Below are positions 1-10,490 of a stretch of 59,974 nt of DNA, in pieces (within the stretch, counting starts at the first letter, position 1; the number at the start of each line of letters is the position of its first letter). Made by a program: the position numbers and the translations under genes. The DNA comes from Octopus sinensis (taxonomy: Eukaryota): positions 1-59,974 of the forward strand of contig NW_021832553.1 in the NCBI RefSeq assembly GCF_006345805.1, written 5' to 3'. The notes under the pieces were generated by a model. That model worked only from the letters and a program-made list of their open reading frames with translations, was not told the DNA's origin and ran no database searches.

Positions 1-396
1 CTGAAACAAGTAAAAGAGTAATGCATAAGTTGTCTTCACATGAATTTGTCCGCCATTTTTTCTGCCTTGGATTTGTTTGCATTTTGAAATGCGAGAGCAA
101 CAACCACGGTCCCTGATGTCGGTGCCATTCTAAGATACAGGCTAAAGTGGGTACTTTCTCGGGGTTTCCACGGATCTAAGGAATCCATTGTCAATCTATG
201 TAGGCTATGGTTGTGTACGAGGGTAAGGCTTGATAGACTAAAGTCTGAGGCCTCAAGATATAGGGGCCAACTGCCAAAATATATATGTACGTATATACAT
301 ATATACATATATATATATATATTATTTTATATTATATATATATACACGTACGTACTTGATGGCCATCCACTCGTGACGTATGCACGTGTTTGAATA

Positions 397-1579
397 TCTT
401 TATATATATAAAACTGAGAATGTGTCTGTCTGTCTGTCTGTTTCCCTAAAACTTGAGAACTACACAACCAATTTCATTCAAATTTTACACATGCCTTACT
501 TAGGGCCCGGGGAGTGTCATGGGCAAAAAAAATGTTCATCTTCTTGCCTAGAGCGAGCCCACAGCAATATCATATCTTCTCCACTACGATTCCCTAAAAC
601 TTGAGAACTACTCAACCAATTCCATTCAAATTTTACACATGCCTTACTTAGGGTCCATGTAGTTTCATGGGCAAAAAAAATGTTCAACTTCTTGCCTAGA
701 GCGAGCCCATGGCAATATCATATCTTCTCCACTATTTCAGTATTACGTGTTAAAAGTGAAACAAAAACGTTTCTCTATTTTATGTCAGATACTTTCACTT
801 TAACAATAAAAATAATAATAACAATTGAATTATATGTAGTAAGTAATAATTAAAATCAAACTAAAGTATAATATAATCGTAACATAACAAAAGTAAAATT
901 AGCAATTGGTATAAAATTGCATCAATGACTTGAAATTGAATAAGTGGTTTCACATGAATGGGAATAAATTAAAAATAAAATTAGATTGCAGAAATGGAAT
1001 AGTCCAGATGGATAATAAAAAATTAAATTAAAGAAAAGACTATTGTGTATAAAGTATACAATGTAGAGAAAAAAAGAAGATTGAACACATGGAGGAAAGC
1101 ACCTTCGAAAAGTGTCTTGGTGCGACTATGAAAGGTATCTAATCAGAGGTGGTAAATTCGCCACAATAGAAGCAAGGTTCGAGTCAACGGAGCGTGGAAG
1201 GGAGTACTCGAGTCGAATTGCAAAGTGGAAATATTTTATTTTTACCTTTATATCTGGGACGTAGGACGTCCCGGAAAAAAATTTAAAATACCCCTCCCCC
1301 TCCCCCAGAAGTAGAGGTAGGCTGGATTGTAGCCACACTTCTATACAAGAGGGAGGACAAGATACAATTGATCAAAATTACAAGAGACGGGCTAACAATT
1401 CCAGTCTGTTATATATTTTGAGTATTGTTATCACTAGCGATATCAAGATATAACTTTGTATTTTGTATTTTATGTGTAGATGTATATATATAGATGTACA
1501 TGTAATATGTACACATATATATACACATATATACATGCACAAGCACTATGATCCGGCAACGACGGGTCTTTAATGCTAG
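397..1579 (+). mobile_element. Non-autonomous Helitron (complete)
   Basis: Starts A|TCTTTATATATATAAAA with (TGTC)n near the 5' end and an internal ~148-bp tandem duplication. Ends with an imperfect GC hairpin (atccggcaacgacgggt, 1551-1567) and CTAG|T. A near-identical copy lies at 52740-53890. Confidence 0.85.
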
Positions 1580-1704
1580 TATATATATAAAACTGGGAAT
1601 GTGTGTCTGTCTGTCTGTGTGTTTCCCTAAAACTTGAGAACTACACAACCAATTCGTTCAAATTTTACACATGCCTTACTTAGGGTCCAAGGAGTGTCAT
1701 GGGC
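1580..1704 (+). mobile_element. 5' head of a second Helitron copy, head-to-tail with the first and truncated at the RTE
   Basis: The sequence right after CTAG repeats the 5' end of the 397-1579 element (tatatataaaactgggaatgtgtgtctgtc...gtgtcatgggc). Confidence 0.8.
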
Positions 1705-4070
1705 TCGCTCTGGTCGCCATTGGGGCGACTGTACACAGCTACAGGCCTACAGTCGACGCTATGGCGACCAGAGCTCGCTCTGGGCGCCATTGGGGCGACT
1801 GTACACCACTGGCATCAGTTGGATCTCATCATTACACGAAGATCCTTTCTGAATTCTGTTCAACTGACCCGTAGTTACCGCAGCGCGGATTGTGACACAG
1901 ATCATTCACTAATAAGAAGGGCGAGGATTCTGCCTAAAAAAGTCCATCACTCCAAGAAAATGAGCCGACCACGCATTAACACTGCCAGAACCTCGGACCC
2001 TACACTGCGACAATGTTTTGCTGTTTCTATCAAGGTTGCCCTCAGTAGCTGCCCAACCTCATCTGCTGAAAGTAGGTGGAATTATATCAGGGAAGCTTTG
2101 TATACCACATCAATAGATACTTTCGGCATGAGAGGAAGGTAAAACCCAGATTTTGTTCAGTGCTGGGCTCTCAGAGCTGGAAACAATTATCGAAGCAAAG
2201 CGTGCAGCTCTGATGCAATACAAGAGTGATTCTTCTACAAAGTCACTCGAAGAACTCAGAAAGGCAAGAAATAAAACCCAACTGACTGCCAGACGCTGTG
2301 CAAATGGGTATTGACAGGAAATCTGTCAGAGCATCCAGTCAGCTGCTGACAGTGGCGATTCACGTGGGATGTATGCCGGTTTGAATAAGGCCCTCGGTCC
2401 ATACGCAACCACCTCAGCCCCTCTGAAATCAACTACTGGAGATCTCATCAAGGACCAAAGCAAGCAAATGGATACATGGATGGAGTACTACCAGGATCTC
2501 TACTGAGGCTGCAATCGAGGGTGTCAAAATCTTGCCAGTCATATGTGAACTTGACAGTCTGCCATCTATAGCAGACCTCACCAAATCTATTGACTCCCTA
2601 GCAAGTAACAAGGCTCCGGGAAAAGACGTCATCCCCTTAGAGATCATCAAAACAGGCAAAAACACCATCCTGCTTCGGCACCTTCATGAGCTTCTGTGTC
2701 AGTGCTGGGAAGAGGGTACAGTCCCTCAGGATATGCGGGATGCTAACATCATTATGCTTTTTGTAAGTAGAAAAGGCCTCTTCATCCTGCTCCAAAAAAT
2801 CGGATGTCCACCAAAGCTGCTGAGGATCATCAAATCTTTCCATGATGATATGCAAGGCAACATACAGCACAATGGTTCAACATCAGCCGCCTTCCAAATA
2901 AAAAATGGAGTAAAGCAAGGTTGTGTCCTTGCTCCTACATTATTTGGCATCTTCTCGCAGTTTCCCATCACTTCTACTGTGCAGAAACTGTTCAATCTCT
3001 CGCGTCTGTGTGCCAAGACCAAAACCAGAAGCGTCCTGATCAAGGAGATGCTATTTACTGATGATGCCGCTCTTGTATCACACAGAAGAAGCCCTACGAA
3101 GGCTCATCAACTGTTTTGAGAAAGTATTTGGCAACTTTGGCTTAGTTATCAGCCTCAAGAAGACCAGCATCATGGGTCAGGCTACATCGGACATCCCAAA
3201 CATACATATTGGAGACCACAGAGTACAGGAGGTGGAGAAGTTTACCTATTTTGGCTCTACCGTCACCTACAACCTATCCCTTGATTCTGTGCTCAATATA
3301 CGCATTGGCAAGGCAGCTGCTGTGATGACCCAACTCACCAAACGCGCATGGGACAACAATAAGGTAACCAAGACCACAAAAATGAAGATTTACCAGGCAT
3401 GTGTACTTAGCACTCTACTGTATGGAAGTGAGACTTGGACGTCATACACACGCCAAGAGCGTCGCCTAAATATCTTTCACCTGCGCTGCCTCCGGGAAAT
3501 CCTTCGCATCAAATGGCAGAATCATGTCCCCAACAAAGATGTCCTCAAGCAAGCAGGAATACCAAGCATGTTTGCACTCCTCACACAAAGACGTATAAGA
3601 TGGCTTGGACATGTTAGCCGTATGGAAGATGGCAGAATCCCCAAGGACATACTCAACGGAGAGCTTGCTAGGGGTACTAGGTCTGTGGGAAGACCGTTCT
3701 TACAATTCAAGGATGTTTGCAAAAGAGACATGAATGCCTGCAACATCAATATTACCAACTGGGAAGCAGTTGCCAGCAACCGTGGAGATTGGCGACGTAC
3801 CGTAAAAGAGGGAACACAAAGGAGTGACATAGAGAGAAAGGAGAAATGGAAAGACAAGAAAAGACGTCAACAAGAAACTATGACATTACAACCAGCCAGG
3901 TAAAGTCTTCGCTACATTTGCGGCACCTGCTAGAGGGAGTGTTTGTCCAGGTAGGACTACACAGCCACAGCAGGAGATGTATTAGGACATGAAATGTAAA
4001 AGACGGACTACATTATTTTATGCGCAACTCCATTGTCTCCCGAGACAAAAAGGATGCCAACAACAATATA
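1705..4070 (+). mobile_element. 5'-truncated, decayed RTE-clade LINE (APE C-terminus, RT, C-terminal Cys/His finger)
   Basis: Translated pieces include HWHQLDLIITRR, SADCDTDHSL, KAPGKD, GVKQGCVLAPTLF, MLFTDD, FTYFGS, LLYGSETW and RWLGHVSRM. Multiple stops, frameshifts and internal deletions. RTE-type 3' end (ccattgtctcccgagacaaaaaggatgccaacaac). Confidence 0.92.
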
Positions 4071-4351
4071 TATGGATTTCGTAGACAGGAACTGTAACAA
4101 ATCAATCGTATATATATGTATGTATATATGTAAGTGTATTGTGTGTCTTTGCCTCTGTGTTTCGCCCTCATCACTGCTTCACAACTGCTGTTCATTTATT
4201 TACACCCACATAACTTACTGGTTTCACAAGAACAAACTAATAGAATAAGTACTAGGCTTATCAACATAAAAAAGCACTAGGCTGTGTCTCATGTTTTTGT
4301 TAGCCCACTCAGTTGTATCTATCAATTTATCTTTGTATGTGTGCGTGTGTA

Positions 4352-4850
4352 CACACATACACACATACATACATACACATACATACATACATACATACAT
4401 ATATACATACGCACATATATACATACACATACACATACATACATACACATACATACATACACACATACATACATACATACATACATACATACACACATAC
4501 ATACACACACATACATACATACACATCCATCCATCCATACATACATAAACATACATACATACATACATACACATATACATACATACATACATACATACAC
4601 ACAATACATACATACAAACACATACATACACACAAACATACATACATACATACATACACACACACACATACATACATACATACATACACATCCATCCATA
4701 CATACACATACATACATACATACATACATACATACACACGCACATACATACATACATACACACATACACACATACATACATACATACATACACACATACA
4801 TACATACATACATACATACATACATACATACATACATACATACATACATA
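4352..4850. repeat. (TACA)n/(CA)n compound microsatellite
   Basis: Direct inspection; source of the spurious HTYI/MYVC ORFs. Confidence 0.97.
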
Positions 4851-4888
4851 CGTAGGTACTACGTACGTATGTAGGTACGTGCGCTGTA

Positions 4889-4922
<34 letters not shown>

Positions 4923-4928
<6 letters not shown>

Positions 4929-5220
4929 AATATAAGAGAGTGGTCACTATATGGCTCACTCTAGCACCAGTTAATCCAAAAGGTTTCAACCACAAAAATA
5001 TACATGTTTCCCATGAAAAGTAATATTACATTTAATTCATTAATAGCGAAACAATTGTCCCAAAAAATCTGTATTTTGTTATTTTTTATTTGCCCTGTCC
5101 GTGTGAGCTAACAATCGTACCGACTTTCATGGGAAACATGTATATTTTTGTGGTTGAAACCTTTTGGATTAACTGGTGCTAGAGTGAGCCATATAGTGAC
5201 CACTCTCTTATATTTATTTT
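4923..5220. repeat. ~100-bp near-perfect inverted repeat (4923-5021 vs 5124-5220) flanked by (TA)n
   Basis: aaaataaatataagagagtggtcac...cccatgaaa pairs with tttcatggg...gtgaccactctcttatatttatttt. Confidence 0.9.
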
Positions 5221-5341
5221 GTAAAAATATTATAATATATTATAAAATATTATAATAATCCAGGTTTCTCGGAGCACTAGGCCACTTGGTGTAGAATAGA
5301 TATACTATTAAATTAGTATCTAATTCTCTCACCCTTATTAA

Positions 5342-5377
<36 letters not shown>

Positions 5378-5687
5378 GCATACACATGCATACACATATA
5401 TACATGCATACACATATATGCATAGATGCAAACATACATACTGCAACAGCAGCAACAACAACAGCAGTAGCGGCGGACGTAGTTGTTGTCGGTTGGGAAG
5501 GCCTTTTGTTCGGTGAGAAGACCTGTCCGGACCTGACCGCGTGTTTACTGTGGCGTGAGACGTGAGGTTGCGGCGACGACGAAGTTTTCGGTTCCATTGT
5601 GGGATATCTTAGTGGGATCATGGTTTATTGGTCACAGACGTGCAGCACATCAATATAATCAGACGAGTTCGACTGCTTTGCGTCTTA

Positions 5688-6830
5688 TGGTGGTGGTCAT
5701 GGTGGTAGTGGTGGTGGTGGTGGTCATGGTGGTAGTGGTAGTGGTGGTGGTGTTGGTCGTTGTCGTGGTCATGGTGATAGTGGTGGTGGTGGTAGTGGTG
5801 GTGGTGATAGTGGTGGTGGTGGTCATGGTGGTGGTGGTGGTGGTGATGGTGGTAGTGGTAGTGGTGGTGGTGGTGGTCATGATGGTGGTGGTGGTGGTGT
5901 TAGTGGTGGTGGTGGTGGTGGTCATGGTGGTGGTGGTGGTGGTGGTGGTGGTGGTGGTGGTGGTGGTCATGGTGGTAGTGGTGGTGGTGGTGGTGGTCAT
6001 GGTGGTAGTGGTGGTGGTCATGGTGGTAGTGGTGGTGGAGGTAGTGGTGATGGTGATAGTGGTGATGGTGGTGGTGGTCATATTGGTAGTGGTGATGGTG
6101 GTGGTGGTCATGGTGGTAGTGGTGGTGGAGGTAGTGGTGATGGTGATAGTGGTGATGGTGGTGGTGGTCATGGTGATAGTGGTGATGGTGGTGGTGGTCA
6201 TGGTAGTAGTGGTGATGGTGGTGGTGGTCATGGTGGTAGTGGTGGTGGAGGTAGTGGTGATGGTGATAGTGGTGATGGTGGTAGTGGTCATGGTGGTAGT
6301 GGTGATGGTGGTGGTGGTCATGGTGATACTGGTGATGGTGGTGGTGGTCATGGTAGTAGTGGTGTGATGGTGGTGGTGATGGTGGTAGTGGTGTGGGGGA
6401 GGTAGTGGTGATGGTGATAGTGGTGATGGTGGTGGTGGTCATGGTGGTAGTGGTGATGGTGGTGGTGGTCATGGTGGTAGTGGTGGTGGAGGTAGTGGTG
6501 ATGGTGATAGTGGTGATGGTGGTGGTGGTCATGGTAGTAGTGGTCATGGTGGTCATGGTGGTAGTGGTGGTGGAGGTGGTAGTGGTGATGGTGATAGTGG
6601 TGATGGTGTGGTGGTCATGGTGGTGGTGGTGGTGGTGTGGTCATGGTGGTAGTGGTGATGGTGGTGGTGGTCATGGTGGTAGTGGTGGTGGAGGTGGTAG
6701 TGGTGATGGTGATAGTGGTGATGGTGGTGGTGGTGGTCATGGTGGTAGTGGTGGTGGTGTTCATGGTGGTAGTGGTGATGGTGGTGGTGGTGGTGTTGGT
6801 CATCGTGGTGATGGTGGTGGTGGTGTTTGT
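5688..6830. repeat. Cryptic (GGT)n trinucleotide array with recurring GTCAT/GTAGT/GTGAT variants
   Basis: Direct inspection; source of the poly-V/T/H pseudo-ORFs. Confidence 0.97.
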
Positions 6831-7003
6831 GGCAGAGTTGTCCTTTGACTGTGAAGCTGTCGTCTGGGTTCTTCCAATTTTTCTTTCTGTCGGTGGCGGA
6901 GTTGGCGTCCAATGCTCGCACCTGCACCTGTGTCGCTCCTCCCCCTCTTCCTTCCTTCATGAAGCTGTGGGGAAGGCAGGGTAGGGAAACCAACGTCATA
7001 AGC

Positions 7004-7017
7004 GTTGTCAAGGAGAC
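7004..7017. promoter_or_regulatory. Candidate RFX X-box
   Basis: gttgtcaaggagac; its reverse complement GTCTCCTTGACAAC fits the X-box consensus RTHNYYWTRRNRAC. Lies in a CpG-richer non-repeat patch about 3.1 kb upstream of the ZMYND12 ATG, a motile-cilium gene. Confidence 0.4.
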
Positions 7018-7519
7018 CAGCCTTCTTTTAGAACGACAACTTCATGGCTTTGAAGTCGCCCAAACAGAAATGGCTAAGAAAGCCGAAAGCAAATTCTACA
7101 AAATCGGGAAACCCGCCACACAGGGAAGGTTTCCCGTGCAAAGAATTTGCACAACCAAATGCTTTAGTTGTTGCACAACTTTTACATAAAAAATATTATC
7201 CAAACACAAACTTTTGAAGTTTAGTATTGTCTTTTTTTATTTTTAACGCTTGTGCAAAATTGGATTTGTTTTTGGTGGTAGTGTTGGTGTCACTTGTAGT
7301 GGTTGAGGTTGTAGTGGTGTTGTTGTTGGCAGTTATGGTAGATGGCAAAACGACGATATCGTTGTTGTTGTTGTTGTTGTTGGTTGTGGTGGTGGTGGTG
7401 GTGGTGACAGTGGTGGTGGTGGTGAATTTCTCAAATTCACTGGAGCCTATATATATGCATATACACACACACACACACACACATTTATATACATACACAC
7501 ACACATATAAACATATAAT

Positions 7520-7700
7520 ATATATTTCCTCCGTCTTCCCTTCTCTGGATCTTTCATTTTCCTATGTTTCTGACGAAGAGCTCCGCTCGAAATGTAAAAC
7601 CGTCCTTCTTCCCTTCCTTCCTGAGCGTCCAATAATACTATATTTGTTCCACGTCCTCGTTTTGTTGTGTTCTCTTTGTGTTTTCATGTTTGGATTAACT
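7520..7700 (+). mobile_element. Penelope-like pLTR fragment carrying a minimal hammerhead motif
   Basis: Flanked by (TA)n and contains CTGACGAAGAGCTCCGCTCGAAATGTA. A second partial copy lies at 8951-9085. Confidence 0.6.
7566..7600 (+). ncRNA. Minimal type-I hammerhead ribozyme motif
   Basis: Stem I GTTT/AAAC; core CTGACGA(A); stem II GAGC-TCC-GCTC; GAAA; vestigial stem III ATGT (ACGT-like); cleavage after UA. Confidence 0.65.
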
Positions 7701-7723
7701 TTATATATATATATGTGTGTGTG

Positions 7724-7779
<56 letters not shown>

Positions 7780-7787
7780 ATATGCAT

Positions 7788-7851
<64 letters not shown>

Positions 7852-8304
7852 AGGCGGCGAGTTGGCAGAAATGTTAGCACGCCAGGTGAAATGCTTTGCG
7901 GTTTTCGTCTGTCTTTACTTTCTGAGTTCAAATTTCATTAAGGTCACTTTGCCTTTCATCCTTTTGGGGTTGATAAATTAAATACCAGTTGAGAAAAACT
8001 AGGCATGAGAGGAATTGGACATAGTGTGCAAGAGAGAAGACAGTGTTTGTTTAGGCATGTGATGCATATGGACGAGTGGTGATCACTTGCAGTGGCCATG
8101 GAAGAGGGAGATGTGGAAAGATGTAATCTGAACTGGTGAAGACAGATCTCTAATTGTTGAACTTCACAGAGCTGTTGACAAGGAAACGAAAGGACTAGAG
8201 AAAAATAGGGGTCAAAAAGACCCACCCATCTTTGCAAGCATAGCAAAAATGGTGTTAAAATGGCAATAGAGAAGGAGGCTGGAAGAATAATGTTTATGTA
8301 TATA

Positions 8305-8676
8305 CTAGCAGTATCGCCCGGCGTTGCTCGGGTTTGTAAGGGAAATAACTATAAAGCATTTTTAGCTAGTTATAGCCAAAAAATGGAAAAAAAATGATGG
8401 TAAATTCTTTTTTTAGTTAAAAAGGTTGAGTTGCGTCCCCTAGACAGTCTGTGGTTTGTGTTTCTGATTCTCGACCCCATGTCGAATTTATCGATTTTTT
8501 TCAGAACTGGGGGAACTTTTCAAAATTTTCGCTGCGTTAGTTTTGAATTATGACATTGGGCTATGTGTGTGTCAAGTTTCATCAGAATCGGTTGAAAGCC
8601 GTGGTCAGAGTGAGGGTACAACCTAACAGACACACAGACACACACACAGACAAACTGCCGTTTATATAGAGAGAGA
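8305..8676 (-). mobile_element. Short non-autonomous Helitron (second family)
   Basis: On the - strand: A|TCTCTCTCTATATAAACGG...(TGTC/TG)n...hairpin cccgagcaacgccggg...CTAG|T. Confidence 0.85.
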
Positions 8677-8881
8677 TATGAGTGCTCGTCCAATGTGTCC
8701 CTTCAAGTCTATACTTTCTATTTTCCATTGTCCCCTGTTACTCATCCTTCCATCATTCCTCTATCTACTATATTGTTCTGCTGCGGTAATTAGTGAAAGC
8801 AGAACACATTACTGTGTATGCACATGTGTGTGAATGCATGTGTGTATGTATGTGGTGTGTGTGTGTGTGTGGGTGGGTGTA

Positions 8882-8914
<33 letters not shown>

Positions 8915-8994
8915 CCTAGTCACTTTTTACATCATAAGCCTTTAATATACTTATTTCCTCCGTCTTCCCTTCTCTGAATCTTTCCTTTTCCTAT

Positions 8995-9029
8995 GTTTCT
9001 GACGAAGAGCTCCACTCGAAATGTAAAAC
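8995..9029 (+). ncRNA. Degenerate copy of the minimal hammerhead motif
   Basis: Same as 7566-7600 but stem II is GAGC/ACTC, with one mismatch. Confidence 0.5.
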
Positions 9030-9977
9030 CCTCCTTTTTCCCTTCCTTCCTGAGCATCCAATAATACTATATTTGTTCCACGTCCTATATATGTGCATAT
9101 ATGTGGTTTCATAATGAAATACAGTGTCCTTACCTGCAGCAATTGACTAATATTTCAGCCATTACTGAGTTAACATTGAGGTCCTTTGATTCCAGGGTTT
9201 GCTTCCACACACTAGCACACTAGTGTAGTTGGGGGTGGGGTAGGGATAGTAGGGGGCGATCAGCCTCGAGTGGTACTTTTGGGTGTGCTGTAGACAATAT
9301 GTGTTTTCTGTGGGGTCTGGGACAGTAAACAGAAGGCAGCACACACTCTAGCTATGCCAATGCTTCAACACCTGGGATTTCTTCTCTAAACCTACAAATT
9401 CAGCTCTAAGAGCTTAGTCCTTGACATATAGTAGCTCCTGTGGATGTTTGGTTTTGAGCTCTTCCCTTATGGCCAGGAGGACTATGGTAAATAGAAAAGG
9501 ACAAAGAACTGTGCCCTAGTGAGCCCCAATTTGTACATATCTGTATATTGAATTGGTATGAGTTGAAGAGTTTGACAGGATCTCATGGGTCGGAGGACCA
9601 CGTCTTGCTTCCATGTTTCACTTTTGTCCTGATTTCTACAGCTTGATGCCATTCCTAACACCAACCACTTTACAGAAATGTACTTTTACATGGCACCGGG
9701 GCAGAGATGAAATTATCATGTAATCCCCAAGACCATAAAAAAGTTTCCTCAACCGAGCAAGAGCGCAGCAGAGAAGGAGATGGCTTTATGCTAGACGATG
9801 AAAGGTTAATCAACATGTAAGAAAGCATGTGATGAATAAATAATTAGTAAACTGCTAACGAGAAACAGGTGCTTGCCATTTCCGGCTAACGAGATTTCAA
9901 CAGACAATCAAAAACCATTAACATTGAATGATGGCCATTTATGAGTGATTTGTTGTTCTCCTTTTCTTCCTTCCTTC

Positions 9978-10027
<50 letters not shown>

Positions 10028-10155
10028 CTCTTTCTTTCTTTCTTTCTTTCCATCCTGCCTTCTTTCTTTCTTTTTTTCCTTCCTTCCTCCTTGCTATTTC
10101 CTTTTATCGTATACATATATCCTCATATCTTCGTTTCACGTTCATTAGGGATAAG

Positions 10156-10309
10156 ATGGCGGAGAATAAGGCAGAAAAGACGTCTTCCACAAGAGGCAGC
10201 ACTGTGAAACTCTACCCCTGGCTAATCCCAAAGGCACCTACATCTACTGTGATGTGTGTGGCTTACCTGCCTGGATGAGATGCAAGGGCTGTAAAATAGC
10301 TGCTTATTG
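10156..10309 (+). CDS. ZMYND12: ZMYND12 coding exon 1 ([52 protein letters not shown])
   Basis: ATG at 10156, preceded by a pyrimidine tract and ttcattAG (10148), suggesting an upstream UTR exon. Donor TG|GTAAGT at 10310. Needs +1 C in the run at 10215-10218 to stay in frame. Confidence 0.85.
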
Positions 10310-10450
10310 GTAAGTGGACTGCTTCTACACACTCTTACATTCTACAGGATGCTAGACTTTACCGAGATTTATTTTGGTTACTTCTTTAAAAGTTTGCAGT
10401 TTTGTATTTTATTAAATATATTTCTGAATTGTTTGTATGTATGTATGTGT

Positions 10451-10490
<40 letters not shown>

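Noticed and set aside
36-308. - strand 90-aa ORF with an acceptor-like site at 271
   Set aside because: No recognisable homology, and joining it to the candidate donor at 5442 in phase 0 gives an immediate stop; it could be UTR but this is unsupported.
4224-7011. Long His/Thr/Val-rich and MYVC ORFs
   Set aside because: Translations of microsatellites lacking stop codons; the same applies at 14972-15530, 25890-26277, 27839-28891, 33894-34389 and 59540-59966.
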